Below, in pieces: positions 29,565 to 47,135 of a DNA stretch of 64,000 bases. The notes beneath the pieces were generated by a model that was not told the DNA's origin, searched no databases, and saw only the letters and a list, made by a program, of their open reading frames with translations. Origin of the DNA: the human T2T-CHM13v2.0 reference genome, Homo sapiens; NCBI RefSeq assembly GCF_009914755.1, contig NC_060933.1; one strand, given 5' to 3'. Position 1 is the first letter of the stretch. Each line of letters opens with the position of its first letter. Both the position numbers and the translations under genes were made by a program.

Positions 29565-30744
29565 TTATGGAAAGTAAGCTGGTAGTATTATCCTAGTAAC
29601 CCTTCCTTGAAATCTATCCCCAAGCAAATCATGTGAAACATAAATAGAGATTTTGCACAAAAATAATCATCACAGCATATTTATAAGAGCAAAAACCTGG
29701 AAACATCGTTTAAGTCTAATGTCAGGGGAACAGTTAAGTAAATTAAAATACATCCTATATTTCTAAGTCTTTTTAAAAAATGATATGGTGTCAGTAAAAA
29801 GATTAAAAAGCAGACTACAAGACTGTGTGAATAGTACAATCAACTATGCGAACATATACATATACAAAACACCAAGTGAAAATACGCCACTATCCAGTTA
29901 TCATTTCAGTCCAGTGGTACCGCAGGTCACTTGCTTTCCTTTCTCCTTTTCTCCCCCTCCTGACAATAGCGCAGGTGAGGCTACAGAATGGAATGCCAAT
30001 GGAGCAGGTCTGCTCAAGCAAAGCAGCCTTTGCAGACTGGATGCCCTGACAAGGTTTGTTGATCGTGCTAAGGCAGATGGCCTGCTGCCGACAGATTGGA
30101 ACAGCTTGAAACCCAGAGCAAGTACACACTAATGCTCAGAAAGAAGGCGGAAAGGGTATTTTTTTAAGCCTGTGTTACATTTGTGTGTGTATGTTTACCG
30201 TGGTAAAATATACAAAACACAAAACTTGCCATATATTTGTTTTTTAAAAAAGATAATAAACCATAAACAGCAAGGAGATGAGCTTTCACGAAGGCGCCCT
30301 GCCTTGATGCTGTCTGGTAAGCCCAATGCTTCCTTGTTATAGAACGCAACTGATTGAAACTCAGAACTGGCTCTCGGATAATGCGGCTGTTCCAGCTGTG
30401 CTAAATGGCTCGACTTCAGCACAGGGTGGATGAACGCATCTATCTGGCCTTCGTCATAAACAACAGGACTTATTCATGGATAATCATGCAAAGCATTGAA
30501 CCAGGAACATCCGTGCACTCTCACTAATCCTTACAGCTACCCCTACCAACTGTTCCCACCTGATTCCCCACCACTCACTCTTCCTCCTCCTTTGGATGGA
30601 ACAAGAGCAACCCTAGCTCCAGGTTCAGGAGCAAATCCTGACTGGGTTGAGGCAATGACTAGGCTAGGGATGGGCACAGGACAGGCCTGGCCAACAGGGG
30701 TGATGAGAAGTATGGTGGGATCATCTGGGAAAGGTTTTCTTTTC

Positions 30745-31040
30745 CTTTTCTTTTTTTTGGAGACAGAGTCTTGCTCTGTTGACCGGGCTGGAGTGCAGTG
30801 GCGTGATCTCGGCCCACTGAAACCTCCGCCTCCGGGGTTCAAGCGATTCCCCTGCCTCAGCTCCCCAAGTAGCTGGGACTACAAGTGTGCGCCACCACAC
30901 CTGGCTAATTTTTTGTATTTTTAGTAGAGACGGGGTTTCACCATGTTCGCCAGGATGGTCTCGTTCTCCTAACCTCGTGATCCACCCGCCTCGGCCTACC
31001 AAAGTGCTGGGATTACAAGCATGAGCCACCACGTCCAGCC
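30745..31040 (-). mobile_element. Alu (Sc-like)
   Basis: Alu consensus. Confidence 0.93.
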
Positions 31041-31334
31041 TGGGAAAGATTTTCTTGCTGAGGAATAGGAAGAGATGCTCTCCTCTTCTGTGGGGACATC
31101 ATTGTGTCTGCCTGTCATATCTGTGCCTGTGGCACACACCTGGCAACCATGAGTGCAGCTAGCTGGAAGACAAGGTCTGCAGGATAAGCAAGGCAGTGCA
31201 GAAGAGTGGAAAGAGCCTGGCTCCTCGATGCTGTCCCTGAATGGCCAACTTGACCAACCTGGAACTCACCTGCCTCACAACCTCTTGTCAAGTGAAACAA
31301 TACAGTTCTTCACTGTTAAGCCAGTTGAGTGCTT

Positions 31335-31457
31335 TTTGTTTTTGTTGTTTTTTTGGATATTGTTAGGCTTGGTCTAGAACTTCTGAGCTCAAGCAATCCT
31401 CCTATTTCAGCCTTCCAAATAGTTGGCACTGTAGGCATGTGTCACCGTGCCCAGCCC
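31335..31457 (-). mobile_element. FLAM / Alu left monomer
   Basis: Diverged monomer. Confidence 0.7.
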
Positions 31458-32502
31458 TAGTTTGGTTTTTGTTGTCTACAATTGAAGGCATCCTGACTAT
31501 CACAACTCAGCTGCATCACCCGTTTTATGAACTGGGAAACAGGGCCCCATGGAGAGGCAGCTACTCAAGGTCCCAAACAGCACAAGGACTCCTTGGAGGC
31601 CGCCCATCTAGGCTTCTCTCAGGAGATGGCCCAGGCACGTTTCAGCAGCTTTTTCAGGAGCTCTCTTGTGCCTCGGATCTGTTTCTCCCCCTTTCTGTTC
31701 CCAGTCATTACACCTCCAAAATAAGTGATAGCTGCTTTCTAGAGAAAGTCCCACACCTAACATCCTTCTAAAAAAGGGAGTCTGAATCTGAGAGCTGAGA
31801 GGAGCCAAGAAATAAAGAGTAACTCTATTAGGAAAATTACTCTCTCCAGTTCTAAGACTCCTCTCTACATCCGGCCGAAAAAGACTCTTTACAAAGCACA
31901 TGCCCAAGAAACCCAAAAAGAAGGCCCATGTGTGATGGAGAAGTTAGTGACAGGAAGTATCTGAACAGCTACTATTAAAATTCAATTCCCACCTCATTCA
32001 CTAACATTACCTGAGGCTATTTATAAAGTGACTTAAAACTTCTGCCTCGACACCACTGGTGAGGCACTAATTAATGTAAGATCATCCCAATGCTGGCCTT
32101 GTTGCCAGGACTGAACTACCATCTGCAGAAATCCAACATTAAAAGGAAAAAAAAAAATGGTATGTACAGCACTCTATATCCATGGTCCTGAGAGGTATGT
32201 TAAACAGAATTGGTCCCCCATCCTTCTTTTTCTCTCTCCCTCTTTGAAAGGCAGCCTAGGGAAGAGAAAGGAAACACTTTACACCTACTCTCTACCAACT
32301 ACCATTAGGTGCTTTCAGTGTGAGTTAACTTCAAAGCAACCCAATAGGAGAAACAAGCTCACATGGTGGCTGGAAAGTGCTTGTATAGCTGGACCACGGA
32401 GTAGTGGGACTGCCGCTCCGTCTTTTAGGAAATAAGTCATCAAGCCATTCTCTATGCCATGCGGGAGACATACTGTCTGGGTCTGAAACGCTTTCCCCAC
32501 TA

Positions 32503-32652
<150 letters not shown>

Positions 32653-33114
32653 CTAACCAAAAAACATGAGCAAAGTGAAAAATCCGACGACATAAAACTA
32701 GCACATAGACGTCATTAAACAGGGAATCAGCTAGGAGCACACTATTTCAATGTTAAGGCAAAATAAACCAGTCCCATGGGTTCACAGTCCCTGACATAAT
32801 GGCAGGTGGGGAGGATGGTACCCAAGGACAACAAAAATAGACAGAAACACACTTCAGAACTGTGCTTTGCAAAGGGGACAGCACAAATGCAGTCCATCAA
32901 ACTGACCACCCACAGAACACCTGGAGAAGGTGGACAGGTATACCACCAAGGCCCAGTGGCATAAAGCCCTAGGGAAAACTCACCGTTCTTGACAAAATGA
33001 TGTATGAAGTGCAGTGATTCCCAAAGAAGGAGGAATCACGCTCAAAAACCTGAACAAACTTTTGACATTTATGTAAACAAGGTATGAAGAAAGAGTTCCA
33101 TGGGATACACATAG

Positions 33115-33302
33115 AGCAGGGTTTAGGATGGATACTTCTTTGTTGCAGGGGGCTGCCTGTGCATTGTAGGATATTTGGCAGCACCCTGGCTCCTACCCAC
33201 TGGATACCAGCAGCACCAAAAACATGAACCTAAAATGTCTCCAGACATTGCCAAATGTCAGGGACTATGGGGGCAGCAGAACCACTTCCTGTTGGGAACC
33301 CA
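33115..33302. mobile_element. MER20-like hAT element
   Basis: GCATTGTAGGATATTTGGCAGCA...AAAATGTCTCCAGACATTGCCAAATGTC. Confidence 0.8.
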
Positions 33303-33403
33303 TGACACAGACACTCAAGTAATCTATTTCTTTAACCTGTCTGAAGGAAGAATGTTAGCAAATGGTGTTTCAGCAGATTCAGGTCTGCCTCATTTCTTCT
33401 TAC

Positions 33404-33514
33404 CTTTTGGGAAACCTGACTGAGCAGCAGCTCAGTGTGACACACCTTGTTGTTGGCCTTCTTCAGTTCTATCCGCAGCTCCGCAATCATGTTCCTGCAG
33501 TCCTCCAGCTTCGT
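33404..33514 (-). CDS. TSC1: Hamartin exon 19
   Basis: CAG / GTAAG, 111 nt, [19 protein letters not shown]... Confidence 0.97.
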
Positions 33515-34416
33515 CTGCCCAAAGAGACGTGGACATGAAGTTTGAGGAACACCAACAGGCCAGATCACAGGCCTACCTAGCCACCAGCCCACAGAGGACT
33601 GGGAATGCCTTAGCTCAACGGCTCTACTTTCTTGGGCCCTCAGAATTTGATGTCTTAGTTTTAAAAAGTAAGTTATGGTTGATTTCTGAGTTCCTTACTG
33701 TTTAACAAAAGAAAAAAAGAGACCTTAGATCCTCAGTTCCCAAACTGTGCACCAAAGAGCCCTGAGGCTACACAGCAAACTCACAGGGATGCTGCAGAAA
33801 GATTCTGAATTTTCGAGGGAGACGCAGCGCCATCTGTTGGACACTCTGTGAATTACTAACTGGCTGGAAATGATGCTGTGTCTGTGGATGACGTCTTTGT
33901 GAAGCCGGGTTTTTTTGGGTGCAGTGATACAAAGCACCACAAGGAAAACCAGTGTGGAACAGGAAATGAGGGTGTCACTGTCCACTCTGATTTCAAGGTC
34001 TGAGATACCATGCAGTGCCCAATAGGTGCACACGAGGCATTAGTAATTGCAATTATTTTTTTAAAAATTAATTTATGTGTATTATCTGTGAACAGCTACT
34101 AAGTTCTTAGGACATTCGTACTCACTAAGTTATTCAGATCTACTTAATGAGCAGAACTGTTAACTGTTTCCTTTTGGCTGCAGAAAAAAAAATGACTGAG
34201 ACACTAAGGGAGCTACTATATGAACCAACAAAGTTGGGGAACCTCTGTCCTAAGTAAGATTCACCTGCCATGAAGAATTTCTGCCATGATTTCAGAGAGA
34301 AAAGCATTCAGCTTAGTAAAGCTGAACAAGTCAAGGACACCCAGGGAAACTGACTGCCTCCCTCCCCACTGCTCTCCGGCATTCTCGCAGTTGGCTTTGC
34401 CTGGTGCTGCAGTTTA

Positions 34417-34602
<186 letters not shown>

Positions 34603-34919
34603 CTAGCAGAGACCAGAAATGTCATCATTTTAGCTGTCTTCCAACACAGGCAATTTAACACACACTGCGAACATTTCATCTGAATAGTCATAAGCTACCC
34701 TGAAAATGTAACTAACTACAGACCAAAACTCTTAGAGCTCACTACTGTCTTACTTGGCCTTAGGTCAAGGTTTTCCAAATTTTACATTAAGCAAATGGAT
34801 CTTAAGTTGCTTAAATAAATCTTCTCAGGGATCAGTTTGCTTCCAATACTTTCAAAAGTCTGACTACCAACACTGGAATAAAATCTCTCAAACATGGTAC
34901 TAAGTTCACTGAAACGATG

Positions 34920-35125
34920 AGCATTTACTGAATGCTTGCAGTGTGCTGGGCGCTCAGCAAGGGCTTACCGACATAATTTCTTTTAACCATCACAACTTAA
35001 AGAGCAGGTGCTGCTATTGTTATTTCCATTTTATAGCATGGCTAACAGAGGCTTCAAGAGGCCACGTTACTTTTCTAAGGTAACACTGGTAGAGCCAAGA
35101 TTCAAACTCCAGGCCTGACTGGCTT
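34920..35125 (-). mobile_element. MIR
   Basis: CATTTACTGAATGCTT...TTTCCATTTTATAG...AGAGCCAAGATTCAAACTCCAGG. Confidence 0.7.
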
Positions 35126-35408
35126 CACACCCGCTGTACAATACACGCTTCAGTTTTGTGCCATGAAATAGCTTTACAAGAGTTGGTTTTACATTTGGAG
35201 AAATAAAATCATCTTCTGACCCTTCATCATCATGGCCAGTTACATGCAAACATACACACACAAAATCACTTGTCCCCACGGTTTCTGAGAATTATGAGGG
35301 AATTCCGAGGTGTCACCATTCATGTCTTAATCTCAAGCGACCTGCCCAAAGGAGTGGGAAGGACTGGGAACTCTGACCTCCTCGGCTGCTGTGCTTTATA
35401 AGCTATCA

Positions 35409-35681
<273 letters not shown>

Positions 35682-36225
35682 TCAATCAAGCCCCCTTCCC
35701 ATGTGTTGTTAGCTTAACAAACACAATTCTTTAAAAACAAATCACCACTCTCTTTGCAAATGACCACTTGACTCCCAGCAACAGCAGGGGGGAAAGTATG
35801 GACTATGTGTCTCCCCCGTGAAGGAATGCAAAAGGTCATATCATGTGGGATGACTCTTTGAGAGCCTGCTTTCCTTTCCCCACAAATCTAGATCACGCAT
35901 TTCAGATGCCCTGTTTCTCAAGACACTTCCTTCGCTGTGTGTTCTCCCCCAGGAAGATGCTTCACTCTGGTCTTCTCCAGGGAAGCCTGGCAGGAAGTCT
36001 GTATTTTGCACTTATACTCTCAAGCGCATAGTACTTGCCACTTTTCAAAAATAAGAAATGCTGACTTGGCAACACTTGAGATCCTTTAGCCAAGCAGATA
36101 GCCTGGCCGGAGCAATAGCCAAGGGGAGATCTGTTTCCCAGAGGGCACCTCCTTCAAGGACAGAAAGGGCAACAAGCAAGCAGGAACCATGTGGGCTGGA
36201 TTTGGAGCTAAAGTAACAACTTTAC

Positions 36226-36269
36226 CTCCAAAGTGGGTCCAGTCGACAGACTTGCTGGGTAAAGGCAAC
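36226..36269 (-). CDS. TSC1: Hamartin exon 16
   Basis: TAG / GTAAA, 44 nt, LPLPSKSVDWTHFG. Confidence 0.97.
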
Positions 36270-37394
36270 CTAGGAAGAAAGTTTTTGAGTAACAAAGTTA
36301 CCGATCTTACCAAGAAAAAAACGTATCTGGACTTTTATTTGCAGCAAAGTTAGATCACTTCCTTGTGGTCAAAATCTGCAATGGCATAAGAATGTTTCAA
36401 ACTCCAGGTCCACAGAGAGTTAGAGGAGAAGCCTACACTGGACACAATGGGAGGCGGCCCTCGCCCCACTGCCTAGGACCTGTGTTGTTAGCTTAACACA
36501 GTCCTTTAAAAAACAAATCCAGAGCGGAGAGGGTTGCAGGCTGAGCTGCACTGCATACACCGTGGCCTCCGTTTCTGGGGCCAGCTCTCCAGAGAAACTG
36601 AGTAGTCAAACACACTGAGAGCCGTTTTCAACCCTGTCTGTTGAAATATACAGGGAGTACACTCTGTTGTAAAGCTATGTCACTCCGATTTAAGGAAAAA
36701 GTAGGTAATTTACCTGAGCCTATCATACCAAATCTCGTTTAAAAAGAGGGAGCTTAAATACTATAATCCCTGTCAAATTCCACCATAGCATAGTATATAA
36801 GAAGAAAAATAAAAATATTCCCCAAGCACCTGTAAAGTAGCTAATAAAAGACGGATGGGAAACCGTTTCTCAGCTAGAGTCCTTTCTATGAAAACTTGGG
36901 TGCCTCAGGGGGTCTGGAGGGGATGTCAGGCCATCTGAACTTGCATAAAATGCTGATGATTTTATCTCCACCTAATGAACTATGATACCAAAATAGAAAA
37001 TAATAATAATAATCTGTAGCTAGAGAGGGAAACACTGTGACAAATATTCTTATATTCTTTGAAATACCATAACCTCATTTTCAGCCTACAGCTTGCAGAG
37101 GGCACATATGAAAGCATTTGAGTGTCCTCATAGAACAGAGGCATAAAATGGCCTATATAAAAAGACTCATTTTGAAATGGACTGCTAAGGAATCATCCCA
37201 ATTTAGGTGCACAGAGGTCACACATGGTCACATATATGAAGATGCAACAGCCTAGAAGGACATCTGACAAACAGCAGAGAACCAGCTGCCTCAAGGTGGG
37301 AGTGTGAAGAATGATTCTTGTTCCTCTCTTACACTTTCTGTACTTCACAATAAAATGGACCATTTAACACAGAAGAGAGTGCCCCAGTCCCTTA

Positions 37395-38051
<657 letters not shown>

Positions 38052-38078
38052 TCAGAGAGAGGAGAAAAAGTGGCATCC

Positions 38079-38382
38079 GGCTGGACACAGTGGCTCACGC
38101 CTGTAATGCCAGAACTTTGGGAGGCTGAGGAGGGAGGATCACTTGAGCCCAGGAGTTAGAGAGCAGCCTGGACAACATAGGGAGATCCCATCTCTACAAA
38201 AAATACAATAAAAATCAGCTGAGCATCGTGGTGTATGCCTGTGGTCCCAGCTACTCAGGAGGCTGAGGTGGGCGGATTGCTTGAGCCTGGGAGGTCAAGG
38301 CTGCAGTGAGCCATGATCGTACCACTGCACTCCAGCCAGGGTGACAGAGCAAGACCCTGTCTCAAAAAAAAAAAAAAAAAAA
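38079..38382 (+). mobile_element. Alu (J-like), TSD AAAAAGTGGCATC
   Basis: Full dimer and TSD. Confidence 0.94.
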
Positions 38383-38519
38383 GTGGCATCACTTTACCTG
38401 GCATAGGTCCCAGACTAAACCACCCATCTTGTTACCTCAAGAGAAGAAAAATCCAGCAAGCCTGTGAGCAATGGCACAAAATCCCAGATTTATAGCAGAG
38501 CGAGGGTCAGGTTTTATCA

Positions 38520-38873
<354 letters not shown>

Positions 38874-39056
38874 TTAATGTCTCTGAAAAGAGATATAGTC
38901 AAGTCAGAATACAGGTACTTCACTGCAATAGCTTAAAAACTGTTTTTGATATTATTAGGTTGGTGTTTAGAATTCACTACTCGTTTCATTATGTTTAGGC
39001 CTCAGTATTTTGGATATCCCAGAATTTCCTTGTTTCCATTTAACTTTCTTTTCTTA

Positions 39057-39200
<144 letters not shown>

Positions 39201-39258
39201 TCATTTATATCACAAGACGAAAAATGTTGCACATGTTCTCGAGCATATTGTAAAGTAG

Positions 39259-39925
<667 letters not shown>

Positions 39926-40259
39926 TGAGAAAGTTGGAGAATCCCAAGAGCTTTTACGAGGCATAATTATTATATTAGAAAACCAGGAAATTTTTAAAAT
40001 ATTAATTCCCTTAAAAATAGCAAGCCCATTACAAGTTAATGTAAATTACATATTCTTATTAAAAAACTATATTTCCCGAAATAAAAATAAATTTAGTGAG
40101 AAGAATGGAACATTTTTGCCATCTCTTTAATATATGGCTTCATGAAAGACAGCTGGATTCTCATATCTACCTCTACATTCAGTCTGTTGCAATATGTTAT
40201 TTTGACTGAAGTGTATAAAGAAAATCTGGGGCCCCACAGATATGTAATTGCAAAAGTAA

Positions 40260-40560
<301 letters not shown>

Positions 40561-40678
40561 GCAAAAAGTAAACGTATGTTGACAGACTTTTCAAATAATC
40601 ATCTTTGTTATTACACCAAAATTTGATAAGTGTTAGTTTCTTAAAGTTACAAAGTGAAATTTGAAACCACATCAATGA

Positions 40679-41015
<337 letters not shown>

Positions 41016-41831
41016 CTGCTTTGTACTTTGAATGTACTTTTTACCTATGCATGATTCTGCAACGTATCATACATTGGACACTCTGAAAATATTGGCTCCT
41101 CAAGCTATTCAAATATTCCAAATGTTGAAACACTTCATTATACAATATCAAAAACTCAAATTACTAACTAAGCTTCCACAGACTTTTCGGTCTCATCATA
41201 AAAGTCCTGGGGCAGCTATCAAGTTCATGGTAGTATATACACGTTTTTTAATATCTTGATTTCCACCTGAGAGTTGACTTTTATTGTTGGCAACAAATAC
41301 TGTCAGTTGTTTATCTTGAAGTGACAGACTCAGCTCATCATTTGAGAAGCTGCCTGCCAAACACCCAAGTCTGAATAACCAGTTTGTAAGACAGCAGTTC
41401 TTTCAAATAAAACTGGCATTCCATGAAAAAAGGCAGCTACTTCACCTCTCAATTCAAATAACTGCATGAGGGCCAGAGGTCACCATCATACCCTGGTATG
41501 CAGTACATGTGCCTTATGCATATTTTCTATTTTGCCACGAAGAATATTACACATACATGTTCTCAAGGGCTAAGATTTAATAAAATTAATAATGGTTACT
41601 GCTTAATACAGAACACTCAACTTTTAAAATTTTTTAGTTTTTATTGTTTTTAATGGAGAGAAGATGTCAGGGAAGAATGCAAGGCCTCTTGGGATAGGAC
41701 ACTTCAATGCCTGCCTTGATTCAGGCTAAGTTGCCACCATTTCACCCCCCGTCGTATTTGTGCCATCATTGCAGATGCCAATGCAGTGGGAAGGGCAAAT
41801 GACAGCTTAGTGTTACTATGAAGGTGGGTTT

Positions 41832-42138
<307 letters not shown>

Positions 42139-42385
42139 TCAAGAGAGTAGGTTTGACCTGCTGGGTTCCCCACAAGAGTTCTGCCAAAGCAGAGTTTTGG
42201 AACCACCCAGGGGTCGGCAGATCACACCTTGAGAGCAGCTTGTTAGTCCATTTTCAATTATTCTGATTCAAACCCATTGCATTTTAGGTCAGAATTCTAT
42301 CTGGCATAATTAGGCTTCTCAAAGTGAGGCTTGCAAGTGAGTCACTGTGCCTGGGCAGAGGGATAGCAGACGAGCTGGATCGCAC

Positions 42386-42507
42386 CTTCCTGGGGGGTGT
42401 GACTGTGGCCTGGGGGAGTGAAATGTGCACGTAGTCATCCGAATGACAGAGTGGGGCTGGAGGAGGAGAGGTTGCTGGGGTTCCCAGAGGAGTTCCTTTT
42501 CCACCTG
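42386..42507 (-). CDS. TSC1: Hamartin exon 12 (NAGNAG acceptor)
   Basis: AAG|CAG| tandem acceptor, GTGCG donor, 122 nt, [25 protein letters not shown]... Confidence 0.96.
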
Positions 42508-42793
42508 CTTAGAGACAAGGGCAGAACATATATGAACACTGAGCCCAACTATTAGAAAAACTGCCGATTTTTTTTCAGCCTATAACTATTACTATAAATA
42601 AAGCTGCTAGAGTTAACTTTCTGGGGATCTAGATCAGTCTCTCTCTTTTTTGTTTTTAGGTTCACTTTACACATTCTGAAAGCCCCAGGGATTTGCAATA
42701 AGTGTCAAAAACAAGTTTACAACAGCAAGTGGTCCCTTAGATCTAAAAGAGAGCTCCTCCTGCCATTAAAGGCAGGCCAAAACCAACTAATCA

Positions 42794-42949
<156 letters not shown>

Positions 42950-43267
42950 TCAGCAGTGGCAAAGGAATGCTAAGTCATCCACGAGGTTTATATCCATGGC
43001 CAGTGTTCAGCTTAAATTTAGCTTTTTCATCTAGAAAAAGGCATCTTATTAAAAGCGTATCAAGAAACAAGTTGCATTTTGTAAATCAAGACTTCAAGAT
43101 GAATCTAAGAGGCAACAGTAACTTTCTTTGCTAATATCATGGATCCTTAAAAGTGACTCCTGAAATGAGCAGTGTGAAATTTTCCCAACCACATACTAAA
43201 TCTGACCCAAAGGGTCAGCTTCACCAGAAAGCAGAGGAGAGAGCAGGCACACTAGTTGACACCATAC

Positions 43268-43383
43268 TTGTGGTGGTTCAGTTATCAGCCGTGTCGATGG
43301 GGAACTCAGAGTCTGAGGTAGCTGCCCTGGCATATTTAACAACATCAGCCGAGACGTGGAGTAAGGGGTAGAAGTAGCACACC
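43268..43383 (-). CDS. TSC1: Hamartin exon 10
   Basis: TAG / GTATG, 116 nt, [20 protein letters not shown]... Confidence 0.97.
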
Positions 43384-43435
43384 CTAAAATGGAAGAGAAG
43401 AACACAGGGGGTTAGTGTGTGGTTTTAGGTTATTC

Positions 43436-43440
<5 letters not shown>

Positions 43441-43470
<30 letters not shown>
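43441..43470. repeat. A30 mononucleotide run (T30 in TSC1 intron 9)
   Basis: Directly visible. Confidence 0.95.
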
Positions 43471-43472
<2 letters not shown>

Positions 43473-44003
43473 TGGTCCTCTAGACCATTTGATAATATTC
43501 AATTCTCTGTACCTAAAAAATCTGAGGGACTTAACTGACATCCTTGGGGACAAAGTAACACTTCAGAGTTTCTCTAAATGCTCCTTTGAAATAAAGTTCA
43601 ATAAGGTTTGATGTCTCATTAAGCCTCAAGATAACTTAAAAAAGCACAATACAGATGACAACTTCAGTGGCTGCAACCCACAAATAAAGCCTAGATTTTT
43701 ATATGAATCCAATTCTAAATTGTTCCGACTCATTCAAACTGTGTCAGTGCTACAGACACAAGAGCCTCACTCTAAATGTCTGAAAATCAGAAAGATTCCC
43801 TTATGAGGTAGAGTCTGGAAGTCAAATACTTAAACCCATTTTCTTTCTTAAGTGTTGGAGACACGTCACCAACTCTGTTGGCATACAATCAGGTAGCAGA
43901 CCAAGGACATCTAAATTAAACTTGAAGGAGAAATTAATTAGAAGAAAATGGAGGGACATGCAAATTTAAGATATTTTGGGAAAAATCCCTAGGAACTGAA
44001 CTA

Positions 44004-44336
<333 letters not shown>

Positions 44337-44747
44337 TCAACTCAGTGCCAGCCACGGAACTCTGATAGCAAAGAACAAGCGGGACCATGCCAGCCCAAGT
44401 CTGAAACAATTCTAGTACATAAAGAAATAGCCATTCATTTTACAATCCTATACCTTCCCTGTTTAAAATGGTTATATCAAGTTTACAAGCTAATCTGAAA
44501 CAAATATTTCCTCAACAAAAGACTAGGTGTAGCCTCAAAATGGAAAAATGAAACATAAGCTATGCAGCAGAGCAGCAGGCAGGGAAAAATGTCCTTTGGA
44601 ACAAAGGTCATCAAAAAATAGGGAGACCTGGAGACTGCCAAGCAGCTGAGGCTGACTTAAGGTCTCCTATCAAGGCCTCAGGTGTCAAATCCATCCCTGG
44701 ACCAGAAACAGAGTATAAAAAGACAAACTAAAGAAAGTCCATGAGAA

Positions 44748-45049
44748 TTTTTTTCTTTTTTTTTTTTTCTTGAGATGGGGTCTCACTCTATCACCCAGGC
44801 TGGAGGACAGTGGCATGATTGTGGCTCACTGCTACCTCCAACTCCTAGGCTCAGGGATCCTCCTGCCACAGCCTCCCAAGTAGCTGGGACTACAGGCACG
44901 TGCCACCGTGCCTGGCTAATATTCTTACAGAAATGGGGTCTCACTTTGTTGCTCATGCTGGTCTCGAACTTACTGGCCTCAAATGATCCTCCCACCTTGG
45001 CCTCCCAAAGTGCTGGGATTACAGGCATAAGCCATGACCATGCCCAGCT
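44748..45049 (-). mobile_element. Alu (J-like)
   Basis: Alu consensus. Confidence 0.9.
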
Positions 45050-45378
45050 GAAGGCATGATTTTTTAAATCAACGTGTTAGTATGGCATAATTTGCTTACA
45101 ATAAAATTAGTCAATCTTGCTAAGTTTTGACAAAAGTCCCGATCATAATAAAGAACATGTCCATCACCCCAAAAGTTCCTTTGTGCCCTTTGTGGTGAGT
45201 CTCTTCCCCCACTTCTTGCAACTATCGATCTGCTAAAAGCATGCTTTTTCAGGGGGTGTAATAATAGTTATTCTATAGAATATAACCCTTTGGTTGAACT
45301 TTGGGTTATTTCTTCTTTCCATTACAAGCTGTGCTGTGCTGAACACTGTTGTATGTCTTGACGTACATACAGAAGTGA

Positions 45379-45660
45379 GCCTGTAATCCCAGCACTTTGG
45401 GAGGCTGAGGCGGACGGATCACAAGGTCGAGAGATTGAGACCATCCTGGCTAACATGGTGAACCCCCGTTTCTACTAAAAATACAAAAAATTAGCTGGGC
45501 GCGGTGGCGGGCGCCTGTAGTCCCAGCTACTCAGGAGGCTGAGGCAGGAGAATGGCGTGAACCCAGGAGGCGGAATTTGCAGTGAGCCGAGATTACGCCA
45601 CTGCACTCCAGCCTGGGCGATAGAGCGAGACTCCGTCTCAAAAAAAAAAAAAAAAAAAAA
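45379..45660 (+). mobile_element. Alu (Y-like, 5' truncated), TSD AAGTGAGCC
   Basis: Alu consensus and TSD. Confidence 0.93.
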
Positions 45661-45664
45661 GTGA

Positions 45665-46184
<520 letters not shown>

Positions 46185-46388
46185 TAACTATTATTACACC
46201 CCCTGAAAAAGCATGCTTTTAGCAGATCGATGGTTGCCAGAAGTGGGGGAAGAGACACAAAGGAACTTTTGGGATGATGGAAGTGTTCTTTATTATGATT
46301 GGGATTTTTGTCAAAACTTAGCAAAATTGATTAATTTTATTGTAAGCAAATTATACCATACCAAAGTTGATTTAAAAAATCATGCTTA

Positions 46389-47135
<747 letters not shown>

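Noticed and set aside
30270-30540. Complex-looking intronic block in TSC1 intron 20, possible hidden exon
   Set aside because: No convincing splice pair or ORF; faint resemblance to a CR1/L3 RT remnant that I cannot confirm without RepeatMasker
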